The notes below the pieces were generated by a model that was not told the DNA's origin, made no database searches, and worked only from the letters and a program-made list of their open reading frames with translations. Below are positions 21,559-31,427 of a DNA stretch of 64,000 nucleotides, piece by piece. Each line of letters opens with the position of its first letter. The first letter of the stretch is position 1. The position numbers and the translations under genes are program-made. Source of the DNA: Salinispira sp. (GTDB lineage: Bacteria > Spirochaetota > Spirochaetia > DSM-27196 > Salinispiraceae); contig CBDDDG010000010.1 in NCBI GenBank assembly GCA_965226555.1, positions 320,001 to 384,000 on the forward strand. The letters run 5' to 3'.

Positions 21559-22363
21559 TAAGCGACCAGTCGTAATCGTAGCGCACAGGAGCATCTGAAA
21601 CATCCTGCCGCTCAAGAAGATCGGCAAGATCCCGATATGAGGATATATAATTGAGAATTGCTGCCTTCTCATCGCCGAAATCTTCCGCGTACCAGTTGAA
21701 GATGGAACTAATAACAAGATTCCGTCCTCTCAGCGACACTCCCCGCGGATGATTCAGATAGGTGAAGGTCGCCTGCTCCAGAATGGTTTCTGAGTTTTCG
21801 GCAGTGAGAACCTTCGCGGGAATGTCCGGACAGCCGATGCTGGCGCAGTTAACCACAAAATGTATGCGCGGATCCTTCCAGCGGGGGCGGAGAATGCGGT
21901 GTTCAATATCGTTCAGGCTGATGTTCTCGCCTGCAACCATAAGAAGCTTTTCATCCCATGGTTCCGAAATGCGGCGGATGCTCTCAACCGGATATTCCCG
22001 GAGAATGAGCTGTACCGTAGCGGCATTATAGAGATTAACCCAAAAAGCAAACTGCTCGTCAGGGTTAAGCGAATCGACATTGCTGTTCTCAAGGTATTGA
22101 ATGTAGCGGCCAAGCGCAGTTCGGTCGGAGGGGGTTACATCCGCATATCGAATTTTTGCGACATTGTCGGCGGTATCAACAATTCGATATGTATTGAGAA
22201 AATTCTGCAATGGCTCATGGTCAATTTTTTCAGCGCTGTCCGCATCGAACAGGGTCCAGCGCTCCCAGAGTTCTGCTTTGGCGCCGGCAAAAATTGAGCC
22301 TGCGCCCCCAAAAAGGAACAGACAAACGAATAGAAACAGAGTCCTGAACAAAGCCGTGATCAT
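21545..22363 (-). CDS. DUF547 domain protein
   Basis: AFWVNLYNA, SLNDIEHRILR, DPRIHFVVNCASIGCP, YDWSLN. Confidence 0.9.
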   Translation of the reverse strand: MITALFRTLFLFVCLFLFGGAGSIFAGAKAELWERWTLFDADSAEKIDHEPLQNFLNTYRIVDTADNVAKIRYADVTPSDRTALGRYIQYLENSNVDSLNPDEQFAFWVNLYNAATVQLILREYPVESIRRISEPWDEKLLMVAGENISLNDIEHRILRPRWKDPRIHFVVNCASIGCPDIPAKVLTAENSETILEQATFTYLNHPRGVSLRGRNLVISSIFNWYAEDFGDEKAAILNYISSYRDLADLLERQDVSDAPVRYDYDWSLNDPP

Positions 22364-22983
22364 TATATACCGTCTTCCCGCAGAAGAATCCGCAGGGTCT
22401 GCGCAAAACGAAGGAGGGCGCCGAGGAATGTCAGCCCCGCCATAGCGAGAGCAAGCGGTACGAAAAACTGCGGGAATCCTAACATAAAACAGTTAAACAG
22501 CATCGTCTCAAATCCTTCAACGAGCCCCCGCGGCATGATAATTGACGTCTGTCCTGCGCCGGATTTCATGCCCCTTTTCTCAAAAATAGTGGAACTTACC
22601 ATCCACACGGCAGCATTACAATAGAATATGCCGAGGAGCAGGGCAGCGGCAGCAAAATACGCGGTCTCGCCCGAACGGATGGCAATAACCAGTGGAAGCG
22701 CCGCATAGAGAAAAAAATCGACAACAAGATCAACATAGGCTCCGAGATCAGACTGTCTGTTGCTCAGGCGCGCTGCCATACCATCAAGACCATCGAAAAT
22801 GCGGCAGAGAATCCACAGGAGTACCGCTGGCAGGAGGTGGTCAAAATACAGCGCAAGCAGGGAGGCAATGCCCGAGAGCAGGCTCATAATTGTTAATGCG
22901 AGGGGATGGAATGTGGATGCGATGGGGCGGAGAAGCGGTTCAATGTATTGGGATTTAAAGTGACGGAATTCAATATCAAACAC
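22363..22983 (-). CDS. CDP-alcohol phosphatidyltransferase family protein
   Basis: DGLDGMAAR...GAYVDLVVD motif. Confidence 0.88.
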   Translation of the reverse strand: MFDIEFRHFKSQYIEPLLRPIASTFHPLALTIMSLLSGIASLLALYFDHLLPAVLLWILCRIFDGLDGMAARLSNRQSDLGAYVDLVVDFFLYAALPLVIAIRSGETAYFAAAALLLGIFYCNAAVWMVSSTIFEKRGMKSGAGQTSIIMPRGLVEGFETMLFNCFMLGFPQFFVPLALAMAGLTFLGALLRFAQTLRILLREDGI

Positions 22984-23050
22984 AGGTGTATTCCTTTTCT
23001 TGACGGTTTAGGATAGTATAGCATATTGTGAGAATTAAGTGCGGGCGCCC

Positions 23051-24389
23051 ATGGAAATTTCCATAAAAAACCTCGGAAAGTCATATAGCAATAAGGCTGT
23101 TCTGAAAAATCTTTCCATGAACCTCAGAAAGGGCGAGCTTGTCTCCATTGTCGGCCCCTCCGGTGTCGGTAAAACAACACTTCTCCGCATACTTTCAGGT
23201 CATGGAGCAGGAATATGACGGGGATATTTCCTATACGCCGCATGATCATAGCTGGAGACCTGTTATTATGGTATTTCAGGATTTCATGCTTTTTCCTCAC
23301 ATTACGGTGCGTAAGAACATTGGCTATGGTATTGAATCGCAGCAATTTTACGCGCGCCTGTTTCCCGAGCAGGATGAAAAACAGTTCCTCAAGCGTATGG
23401 CGCCTGCCTTCCGCAGACGGAAACGGCAGCGCATTGCTGAGCTCACCGGGCAATATGTTGAGCAGTTCGGGCTCAGGGGTCTGGAGCATAAGTATCCTTC
23501 CCAGCTTTCTGCCGGACAACGGCAGCGGGTTTCTCTCGCGAGGGCCATGCTGATTCGCCCCTCCCTCCTTCTCCTCGATGAACCATTTGCTAATCTTGAT
23601 CAGAATTTGAAAATGGAAACTGCCCTGTTTATTCGGAGAATGCAGCAGCAGTTCGGAGTGAGCATTCTTGCGGTTACTCATGATCTGCAGGAGGCCTTTG
23701 CCATGAGCGATCGGATTGGCGTTATGCTGCATGGCGCAATTCCTCAGATAAGTGATGTGGAGACGCTCTATCGTTTTCCGGTGAATGCTGAGGTCGGACG
23801 TTTTCTCGGAGCGATTAATGTATTACCTGAAGGGCTCTGGCAATTCTGCGAGTTTCCAACAGGGAATCCCGCTGGGGGCGCTGGCGGCGGAACCGGCGCA
23901 GGAAGCGCAGGCGCAGACAATGAGACCGGCGCGCTCGGCGCTGGCGGCGGAACCGGCGCGGGCAGCGCAGGCGCAGACAACGAGACCGGCGCTCTCGGCG
24001 CGGGCAGCGGAAGCAGCGCAGGCAGCAGCGGAAATGCCGCAAAATCTCAGAATGAAAACAGCATACTTGTGCGGGCAGAATCGGTTGAACTCATTCCCGA
24101 TACCAGAGGGCACGGAATTGTACGCGCAAAACGCTTTCAGGGAACACTCATTCATCTGGAAATTGAAATTGCGGATACGACAATCACTTCATACCGTCTT
24201 TCCTCAGACATTGGGAACGGCGAACGCGTACGGATAATTATTCGGGATTTTGTCAGCGCAGATACATCAAAAATCAGCGCAGGCGCGTCAAAAATCAACG
24301 CAGACGCATCAAAAATCAATGCAGACGCTCCAATCATCAACGCAGACGCATCAAAAATTAATGCAGACGCGCCAAAAAATGTGATATAA
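23051..24389 (+). CDS. ABC transporter ATP-binding protein (PotA/CysA-like, TOBE), frameshift ~23200
   Basis: GPSGVGKT in the frame starting ATG 23051; [28 protein letters not shown] in the next frame. Confidence 0.85.
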
Positions 24390-24418
24390 TGTAGAATATA
24401 TACCCCAATTCTCAGGAG

Positions 24419-25257
24419 ATGGTCATGAAAAAACATACAGCCCTCTATACTATTCTTAATGTTGCCGGGTTTATTGCAACACTGCTCATTAATGCTCTGG
24501 CAAACATTCTGCCCTTTAATGGGAGGACAACGGGGGAAATTTCCGATTCCTACCCCAACCTCTTTGTGCCGGCAAATATCACCTTTTCCATATGGTCGGT
24601 CATTTATGCCTTACTTGCAGCCTTCATTGTATACAGTATTTTTGCTTCGGCGCGAAAAAAACCGGACAGGAGCAAAGATTTTATTGCAACGATTGGTCCG
24701 TGGTTTTTTGTTTCTTCCATTTTCAATGTTTTATGGATTATCGCCTGGCATGCGGAAATTATTCCCCTCACCCTGCTGCTCATGCTTTTTTTCTTCGCAA
24801 CCCTTCTCAGAATATATGTACTGCTTGGAATTGGCTCGGCTGGCGGTGCTGGCATGGGCGTGGCATAGTCGGCGCGGGCGGTGCTCGTACTATTCGGCGC
24901 ATCTGCGTTGAACTCCCGTTCAGCGTGTATCTGGGCTGGGTTACCGTTGCGACGATAGCCAACGTTACTGCCTTCCTTGTTTCTGTGAATTGGAACGGAT
25001 TCGGCATTGCAGAAAGTTTTTGGGCGGTGCTCGTTATTGTTACCGCCGTACTCATTACTGGTTTTATGATTATCAGAAAACGCGACTATGGATATACTCT
25101 GGTAGTAATGTGGGCATTGTTTGGTATCTGGCTTAAACGCAGCAGCGTAGAGAGCCCAACATCTTCCGTTGCGGTTGTTTCAATGCTCGGGGTGATAATA
25201 CTTGCTGCCATGCTTGTTTTGAGGATATTGATGAGCCGGAGAGCGATGAAGGACTGA
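24419..25257 (+). CDS. TspO/MBR-like tryptophan-rich membrane protein, frameshift ~24860
   Basis: TGEISDSYPNLFVPA.ITFSIW; PFSVYLGWVTVATIAN. Confidence 0.8.
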
Positions 25258-25332
25258 TGCATAGGCTGTGATGCGCAGGCCTGAAAAGAACGCATCCGCT
25301 GGGCTGCGGGCGGCTTTGCGGGCGGCCTGCCT

Positions 25333-26526
25333 TCATTTTTTCCACTTTTTCTTTTGATGGTTCTTCTGGTAGTTTTTCTGGGAGCTTTTCCGGCGTTCTC
25401 GTATGGCGCCGCGTTCAAGCTGACGTTTTTCCAGATTTTGTATTTCACCACGCAGTTTTTTGTATGATTCATAGCGCCTCTGTGTGAGCCGGCCGTCTTC
25501 ACGAGCATTCCGAACAGCGCAGCCCGGTTCTGAACTGTGGCTGCAGTTGCGGAATTGGCAGTGTTGTATGAGCTCTTCCATATCGGGAAAGGAACGCGCC
25601 AGATCAGCCTCATCGCTCCACAGTTTCAATTCCCGAAGTCCGGGAACATCAACAATAAACGCTCCCCATGGCAGCGGATAGAGCCGGCTTTCGGTAGTTG
25701 TGTGTCGGCCTCTCCCATCTTCCCGTATTTCACCCTCCCGGGCAGGCCTGCTGCTCCCGCCGCCGAAGGAAAACAGAGCATTCACCAGAGACGATTTTCC
25801 CACACCGCTTTTTCCCAGCATGGCAACTGTCTGACCTGCTGTAATGTACGAAACAAGCTCATTAATACCTTCCATGCTCCGCGCGCTGAGCATAAAGATT
25901 GGAACTCCCACAGATAGATTTTCTGCTTCAGTCCGAACTGCGGCACGGATATCTTTCGAGGCGCAATCAATTTTATTCACAACAATAACAGGCTGCGCGC
26001 CTGAACTCCATGCGGCTGTCAGGCTGCGCTCAATCATATTACCGAGAAAATTTCTTTCACCCTCCATCGCAAAAACAAGTAATAGACAATCAACATTCGC
26101 AGCAATAACCTGCGGCTCCGTCCGCTCACCCGCTGCCCAGCGCCGTATTTCGCCCCTCCGAAGAAACAGATCTTCAATGATCCCCTCCTGTCCGCCGGGC
26201 AGGAGAGACAGAAGCACCCAATCGCCCACAACAGGAAATGCGCTGTTCTCCTGCCACTCATTCCGACGGGCGCCGCGTACCCGGGCGCTGCGGGTCTGTA
26301 CATTTTCAGGGGCATTTTTCTGTGTGTTTTTCTGCGCATTTCTCTGCGCATTTTCCGGGCGGCGGCCTTCACGGCAGCCTTCACTCGCGAAGCGGGTGAA
26401 TGGAAGGACGCAGGTATATTCATAGTGAAGCTGATGGATAACCCTCGCCGGCAATAGGTTATCGCCTGCCCTGCTCCGCCATTCTTCTTCAATGCGGGGG
26501 GGCAGATTCCAATGATCGCTATTCAT
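25333..26526 (-). CDS. rsgA: Ribosome small subunit-dependent GTPase A
   Basis: PVVGDWV, NKID, GKSGVGKSS, GRHTTT, DVPG, CQFRNCSHSSEPGCAV. Confidence 0.93.
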   Translation of the reverse strand: MNSDHWNLPPRIEEEWRSRAGDNLLPARVIHQLHYEYTCVLPFTRFASEGCREGRRPENAQRNAQKNTQKNAPENVQTRSARVRGARRNEWQENSAFPVVGDWVLLSLLPGGQEGIIEDLFLRRGEIRRWAAGERTEPQVIAANVDCLLLVFAMEGERNFLGNMIERSLTAAWSSGAQPVIVVNKIDCASKDIRAAVRTEAENLSVGVPIFMLSARSMEGINELVSYITAGQTVAMLGKSGVGKSSLVNALFSFGGGSSRPAREGEIREDGRGRHTTTESRLYPLPWGAFIVDVPGLRELKLWSDEADLARSFPDMEELIQHCQFRNCSHSSEPGCAVRNAREDGRLTQRRYESYKKLRGEIQNLEKRQLERGAIRERRKSSQKNYQKNHQKKKWKK

Positions 26527-26581
26527 ACAAAAGCGGATGATTCTTCTCAATGTGTTTCATTTCTTTTTCTCTGTTTATTAA

Positions 26582-26813
26582 GAGCCTGTCGGACTTAGAA
26601 AAATAATCACCAAAGTGCTCAAAATATGCTAAATGTATTCGTTGTTTTAACAAAAAAATTACCTATCTCCCCGAAAAAATCTAATTTTTCACATAAAAAT
26701 ATAGTAAAAACACCTATTTCCCTTTATTTATACTTGAAAATTACAAATTACTTCATCGCATAAACATATTTCTTTACAAAATATGGTGGATGCCGGCAAA
26801 GTCCGACAGGCTC
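26582..26813. mobile_element. MITE (non-autonomous, 232 bp)
   Basis: 15-bp perfect TIR GAGCCTGTCGGACTT flanked by TTAA on both sides; AT-rich non-coding interior. Confidence 0.8.
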
Positions 26814-26824
26814 TTAAAAACGTA

Positions 26825-26878
26825 CAAATTTTTGCTACTGGAAATTGTGCAAGCGCAATTTTGCATTGCAAAACTTTG
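26825..26878 (+). repeat. Dispersed hairpin repeat, copy 2
   Basis: CAAATTTTTGCTACTGGAAATTGTGCAAGCGCAATTTTGCATTGCAAAACTTTG. Confidence 0.88.
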
Positions 26879-26899
26879 ACGTAGTATATATGATTTTTT

Positions 26900-26928
26900 T
26901 TGCTTTATGCAAAAGTTTATGTTATACT
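26900..26928 (+). promoter_or_regulatory. Candidate sigma70 promoter for the repeat-containing lipoprotein
   Basis: TTGCTT-17 bp-TATACT with TGn extension; GGAGGT SD at 26945-26950. Confidence 0.5.
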
Positions 26929-26956
26929 ATGAATAAGATTTTATGGAGGTAATTGT

Positions 26957-28582
26957 ATGGACACAGGACACAGGACACAGGACACAGGACACAGGACACA
27001 GGACACAGGACACAGGACACAGGACACAGGACACAGGACACAGGACACAGGACACAGGACACAGGACACAGGACACAGGACACAGGACACAGGACACAGG
27101 ACACAGGACACAGGACACAGGACACAGGACACAGGACACAGGACACAGGACACAGGACACAGGACACAGGCATTATATGCGCTCATAGGGCTTTTTATCG
27201 CAGGGGTACTTCTCGTTGCCTGCGAAATGTATGATGCAAACGGCTTTAATGACGCCGGCATTCATCAGGAGACCGGCACGCGCTACGACCCGAATGGTTA
27301 TGACAAAGACGGGTATGCGGGAAACGGCTATGACAAAGACGGCTATAATGCTGCTGGTTACGATATTGATGGCTATAACGCAGATGGTTACGATGCGGAG
27401 GGCTACAATAGAAATGGTTATAAAGCAGACGGCTACAATGCAGCCGGTTTCAATGCTGACGGTAATCATCGTAACGGAACGAAATACAACCCTGAAGGGT
27501 ATGACGTAAACGGTTACGACAAAAACGGCTTTAACACTGAAGGCAAACACCGCGACACTGGCATGGAATACAACCTCTACGGTTATGGCAAAGATGGCTA
27601 TAACGCAGCCGGTTTCAATGCTGACGGTGATTATCGTGATGGAACGAAATACAACCCTGAAAGTTATGACGAACAGGGTTATGATGAAGACGGCTTTAAT
27701 GTTGATGGCTATGACATAAACGGTTACGACAAAAACGGCTTTAATGCTGAGGGCATTAACAGGGCAACCGGCATGATCTACGACCGATATGGTTATGCGA
27801 AAGACGGATTCACTGCCGCAGGGGATCACCGAGACGATTTCATACTTGCCGCCGTGAATACTGACCCGGGAGGAATCTGGTCGAATGGAACAACAATGTG
27901 GGTGTCCGATAAAATGGACAACAAAATATATGCCTACAACACGATTACCAAGGAACGCGATGCGGGCAAAGATTTCAACACGCTTGTTGTCGTGGATGCG
28001 GGCGGCGATGGAACTCTGGACTCCACCCCCGGAGGAATCTGGTCAGATGGAACAACAATGTGGGTACTAAATATCCCCGTCACCCTCTATGACCACCCCA
28101 GTAAAAGAATCTATGCCTATAATATGGATAGCGCCAAGGCAAACGTACCTTCAAAAACTATTTCCTATACTCAAAATGAAATAAGAAATATTTGGTCAGA
28201 TGGAACAACAATGTGGTTAACGTCTTATACTGTGAGCATTCCTATTTATGCCTATGATATACAGGGGAATAGCGCCGTTGTCGGCAAAAATATTAGACTT
28301 GTGTCAAATACTTCTCCTGGGAACATCTGGTCAGATGAAACAACACTGTGGGTGGCGGATGGTAACAGGGATGTAATTGACGCCTACGTGTTTAACGCAA
28401 ACGGTGGAACATTAACGCGGGATACAACAAAAGATTTCGCCACAATTGTTGTTAATGGGAATAATATGAAACCCCGCGGCATCTGGTCGAATGGAACAAC
28501 CATGTGGGTGGCCGATTCTACCACTAACAAAATTTATGCCTACGATATGGCAACCGGAGCGCGTCCGCCGAAAACAGAATAA
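26957..28582 (+). CDS. Repeat-rich surface lipoprotein (GYD/N-xxGY repeats plus GIWSDGTTMWV propeller-like repeats)
   Basis: SD+ATG, (DTGHRTQ)10, hydrophobic core with LVAC lipobox, two repeat regions. Confidence 0.8.
   Translation: MDTGHRTQDTGHRTQDTGHRTQDTGHRTQDTGHRTQDTGHRTQDTGHRTQDTGHRTQDTGHRTQDTGHRTQALYALIGLFIAGVLLVACEMYDANGFNDAGIHQETGTRYDPNGYDKDGYAGNGYDKDGYNAAGYDIDGYNADGYDAEGYNRNGYKADGYNAAGFNADGNHRNGTKYNPEGYDVNGYDKNGFNTEGKHRDTGMEYNLYGYGKDGYNAAGFNADGDYRDGTKYNPESYDEQGYDEDGFNVDGYDINGYDKNGFNAEGINRATGMIYDRYGYAKDGFTAAGDHRDDFILAAVNTDPGGIWSNGTTMWVSDKMDNKIYAYNTITKERDAGKDFNTLVVVDAGGDGTLDSTPGGIWSDGTTMWVLNIPVTLYDHPSKRIYAYNMDSAKANVPSKTISYTQNEIRNIWSDGTTMWLTSYTVSIPIYAYDIQGNSAVVGKNIRLVSNTSPGNIWSDETTLWVADGNRDVIDAYVFNANGGTLTRDTTKDFATIVVNGNNMKPRGIWSNGTTMWVADSTTNKIYAYDMATGARPPKTE
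26959..27168 (+). repeat. Perfect heptamer tandem repeat (GGACACA)30
   Basis: 210 bp without interruption, overlapping the start codon. Confidence 0.97.
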
Positions 28583-28741
28583 GGATCCGCGAACATGCGC
28601 CTGATCAGACGGTAGAAGAATGTTTCACAGAAAAAACCTTCCCAGCTCTGTAAGGGGGCGCTGTTTTCCATGAAACTTTGTTCATGATATTCACTCCATC
28701 GAAAAAAAACTGCAACATCGAAAAAAACCTCGCCATATGAA

Positions 28742-28770
28742 TTGACAAAACTCCGCAGAAATTATAGAGT
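28742..28770 (+). promoter_or_regulatory. Candidate sigma70 promoter
   Basis: TTGACA-17 bp-TAGAGT upstream of AGGAGG SD. Confidence 0.45.
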
Positions 28771-28813
28771 CAAATTTCGTAAAAAATCTATCTCATACAA
28801 CTCAGGAGGAGAC

Positions 28814-29269
28814 ATGAATAATTCTCGGATTAATAAAGAATATCTGGTAAACACATTACGTGACATTACCGCGCAAATTCAGGAACAGGAAAATCCGGTA
28901 GAACTCGATGAATATCGGCGAATTTTTAAGAAAAACGTTTCTATTTTCAAAAGAGCCTACGTGGCTGCATATATGCTGAAGTATTTCAGGCATCGACCGC
29001 GGAGGCAGGTGAATTCTTTGAATGCCAATATGGTATCGTTGTTTATGAACATTGGGAGATCGCGGCGCGTTTCTAAATCGGATGTTATCCGCTTAATAAC
29101 TGACAAAACAGACGCTCAGCGGGAAGATGTCGGAATTATCAAGATTCTTGATAACTATTCCTTTATTGATGTAAACACCGAACATGCCGAAAAAATTATT
29201 GAGAATCTCAACGATATCGAATTTCACGGCAAAGTGATCAACGTTAATTACGCCAAAAAACGAAACTGA
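28814..29269 (+). CDS. DbpA RNA-binding domain protein
   Basis: LFMNIGRSRRV..VGIIKILDNYSFIDV..VNYA; AGGAGG SD. Confidence 0.85.
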   Translation: MNNSRINKEYLVNTLRDITAQIQEQENPVELDEYRRIFKKNVSIFKRAYVAAYMLKYFRHRPRRQVNSLNANMVSLFMNIGRSRRVSKSDVIRLITDKTDAQREDVGIIKILDNYSFIDVNTEHAEKIIENLNDIEFHGKVINVNYAKKRN

Positions 29270-29288
29270 AGCAGCGGACCTGCGGGAA

Positions 29289-30377
29289 ATGAGACAAATA
29301 CAATCTCGCATTGTTATTAAGGTCGGAACGAAGACCATTAGCGGAAAGAACGGGGTTGATCAGAATTTTCTGAATGATCTGGCGCAGGACATAAAAGAGC
29401 TTATTTCAGGAGGACGGCAAATTCTTCTCGTTAGTTCGGGGGCAATTGGAATGGGTTCCATGACCCTGAAACTGACGCAGAAGAGTCAGAGTATCGCAAT
29501 GCGGCAGGCCTGCGCCTCTATCGGCCAGCCCCTGCTTATGCAGGCATACCGGAATGCGTTTCTGGACTGCGGAATAGTAACTGCCCAGATTCTTCTCACA
29601 CGGGATCAGTTCAACAATCGCCGGAGTTTCAACAATCTTAAAACGACGGTTGAAAAACTTCTGAAACTTGGTGTTGTACCCATTGTTAATGAAAACGACA
29701 CTGTCAGCACAGAAGAAATTGGGCGGAGTTTCGGAGACAATGATCAGCTTTCCGCTCTTGTGGCGAGTAAAATAAGCGCCGATCTCCTTATTATTCTCAG
29801 TGATGTTGATGGGCTGTATGACAGCGATCCGCGAAATAATTCAGAAGCTCACCGAATGAGTTATGTGAAAAAACTCAGCAGTGAGCATCTGAAGGCGGCA
29901 GGCGGGCGGGGAAGCAGGTTTTCTTCAGGGGGGATGGAGACAAAGCTCAAGGCCGTTGCCATTGCCGGCGATGCGGGTTGTCCGGTCATTCTCGCCCAGG
30001 GACGCAGTAAGCAGGTTCTCAGGCGCATATGCGGGGGAGAAGATATTGGTACATTTTTTGAGGCAGCGCAGCCCCTGAAAAACCGGCAGCGCTGGATTAA
30101 GAACGCCGATCCTCAGGGCAGCATTACCGTAGATGCCGGAGCGCTTGCGGCTATTATGAAAAAGGGAAGCCTTCTTCCCAGCGGTGTTACCGACATTCAC
30201 GGTGTGTTTACCCGCGGCGCGGTAATACTGGTGAACAATCAGATTAAACTGATTAGCTCCTTCGACAGTAATGAGCTTGAGAAAATATTGGGCAGGCACA
30301 GCGCGGAGATTCGGAAGATTCTCGGAAAAGAAGGCCCCGAGGTTATTGCCAGACCTGAAGACATGGTCATTATCTGA
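29289..30377 (+). CDS. proB: Glutamate 5-kinase
   Basis: IVIKVGT, VSSGA, NENDTV, FGDNDQLSA, GGMETKL, PUA domain. Confidence 0.95.
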   Translation: MRQIQSRIVIKVGTKTISGKNGVDQNFLNDLAQDIKELISGGRQILLVSSGAIGMGSMTLKLTQKSQSIAMRQACASIGQPLLMQAYRNAFLDCGIVTAQILLTRDQFNNRRSFNNLKTTVEKLLKLGVVPIVNENDTVSTEEIGRSFGDNDQLSALVASKISADLLIILSDVDGLYDSDPRNNSEAHRMSYVKKLSSEHLKAAGGRGSRFSSGGMETKLKAVAIAGDAGCPVILAQGRSKQVLRRICGGEDIGTFFEAAQPLKNRQRWIKNADPQGSITVDAGALAAIMKKGSLLPSGVTDIHGVFTRGAVILVNNQIKLISSFDSNELEKILGRHSAEIRKILGKEGPEVIARPEDMVII

Positions 30378-30415
30378 GTGGGTTCAGGGTAGGTTCTGCG
30401 AGATTTCTGAGCAGG

Positions 30416-31321
30416 CTATATTCCGCTCTTTATTGTCTTTCGAATTCTTTCAAAGGTTTCAGATCCCGAACAGATGACCTGAGCCCTCCGCATTTGCCAG
30501 TATACGCTGGGATCGCTTGGCGGAATGTGCCAGAATTCATGAGTAACCTCTGCGGAAAACCCCCTATAGCGCTCCCTGAAAGAGGTATGTTCCGGCTGCC
30601 GGCCTGTGCCTGAACGTGATCCCGAGCTTGAGCTGCGGAGGGACCAGACTTCTATTCCCAGTTTAAAAAGCAGGGCGCAGCCGCCTGCAATATCCCACAA
30701 ACGCGCCTGAGTGAAATATGCGCAAATTCCTCCCCGAGCAAGATACAGAATACTCGATACACAGGAACCAGTAGAAAGAATAGTGGCGCCTTTTTGAAAG
30801 GTACAGGTTTTCAGAAGAGTCTGATTCATGGTAACAATGAGGTTAGGAGGAACAGGAGGTTTGAGCGGTCTCAATTCAGAAATGGCGGGACAGGTTCTGT
30901 CGGCGCGGCATCCGTACAATACTTCATCGCCGGAGGAAATTAACAGCTCGCCGGAGGCCGGATAGAAAATTGCTCCTTCGGAAAGACGGCCTTCGATCAT
31001 ATAGCCAATTGAAATACCCCACCCCGGTAAACGATTCGCGTAGAGCATGGTTCCATCTATGGGATCAATAACATAGCACCTCCCGCCCAGCGCTTCGCTA
31101 TGGTAGCCATCTCCATGACTATGGGCAGTTTCTTCCCCAATGAAAAAAACACCGGGGTCCGATTTCAGTTCTTTTGTTAGTATGGCTTCAATACGGATAT
31201 CTGCTTCAGTAACCAGCGTATCATCGGATTTACGGCTCCGTTTTGCGGAATGCTGCATTTCAAGAGCAAATGCGCCGCATTCACGAAGAAGTTCAATAAT
31301 GTGTTCAGGATTCCATGACAT
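30416..31321 (-). CDS. Inositol monophosphatase family protein
   Basis: VTEAD, IGEE, IDPIDGT, WDIAGG. Confidence 0.9.
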   Translation of the reverse strand: MSWNPEHIIELLRECGAFALEMQHSAKRSRKSDDTLVTEADIRIEAILTKELKSDPGVFFIGEETAHSHGDGYHSEALGGRCYVIDPIDGTMLYANRLPGWGISIGYMIEGRLSEGAIFYPASGELLISSGDEVLYGCRADRTCPAISELRPLKPPVPPNLIVTMNQTLLKTCTFQKGATILSTGSCVSSILYLARGGICAYFTQARLWDIAGGCALLFKLGIEVWSLRSSSSGSRSGTGRQPEHTSFRERYRGFSAEVTHEFWHIPPSDPSVYWQMRRAQVICSGSETFERIRKTIKSGI

Positions 31322-31427
31322 ATGAACAGAGATTATCACTTCACAGAACTTTACACAACAGAACGTTTCTGATACAATCATTTTCCATGTGGACTACGGT
31401 CCATATCTTCATGAAAGAGGTATATCA

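Noticed and set aside
26959..27168. CRISPR array
   Set aside because: Pure 7-bp tandem with no spacers; no cas genes. The 54-bp hairpins are kilobases apart and do not form an array.
26922..27261. Cys-rich (CVLCPVS)n ORFs on the minus strand and alternative plus-frame ORFs
   Set aside because: Automatic products of the stop-free heptamer tract; only the 26957 frame has an SD and a downstream coding region.
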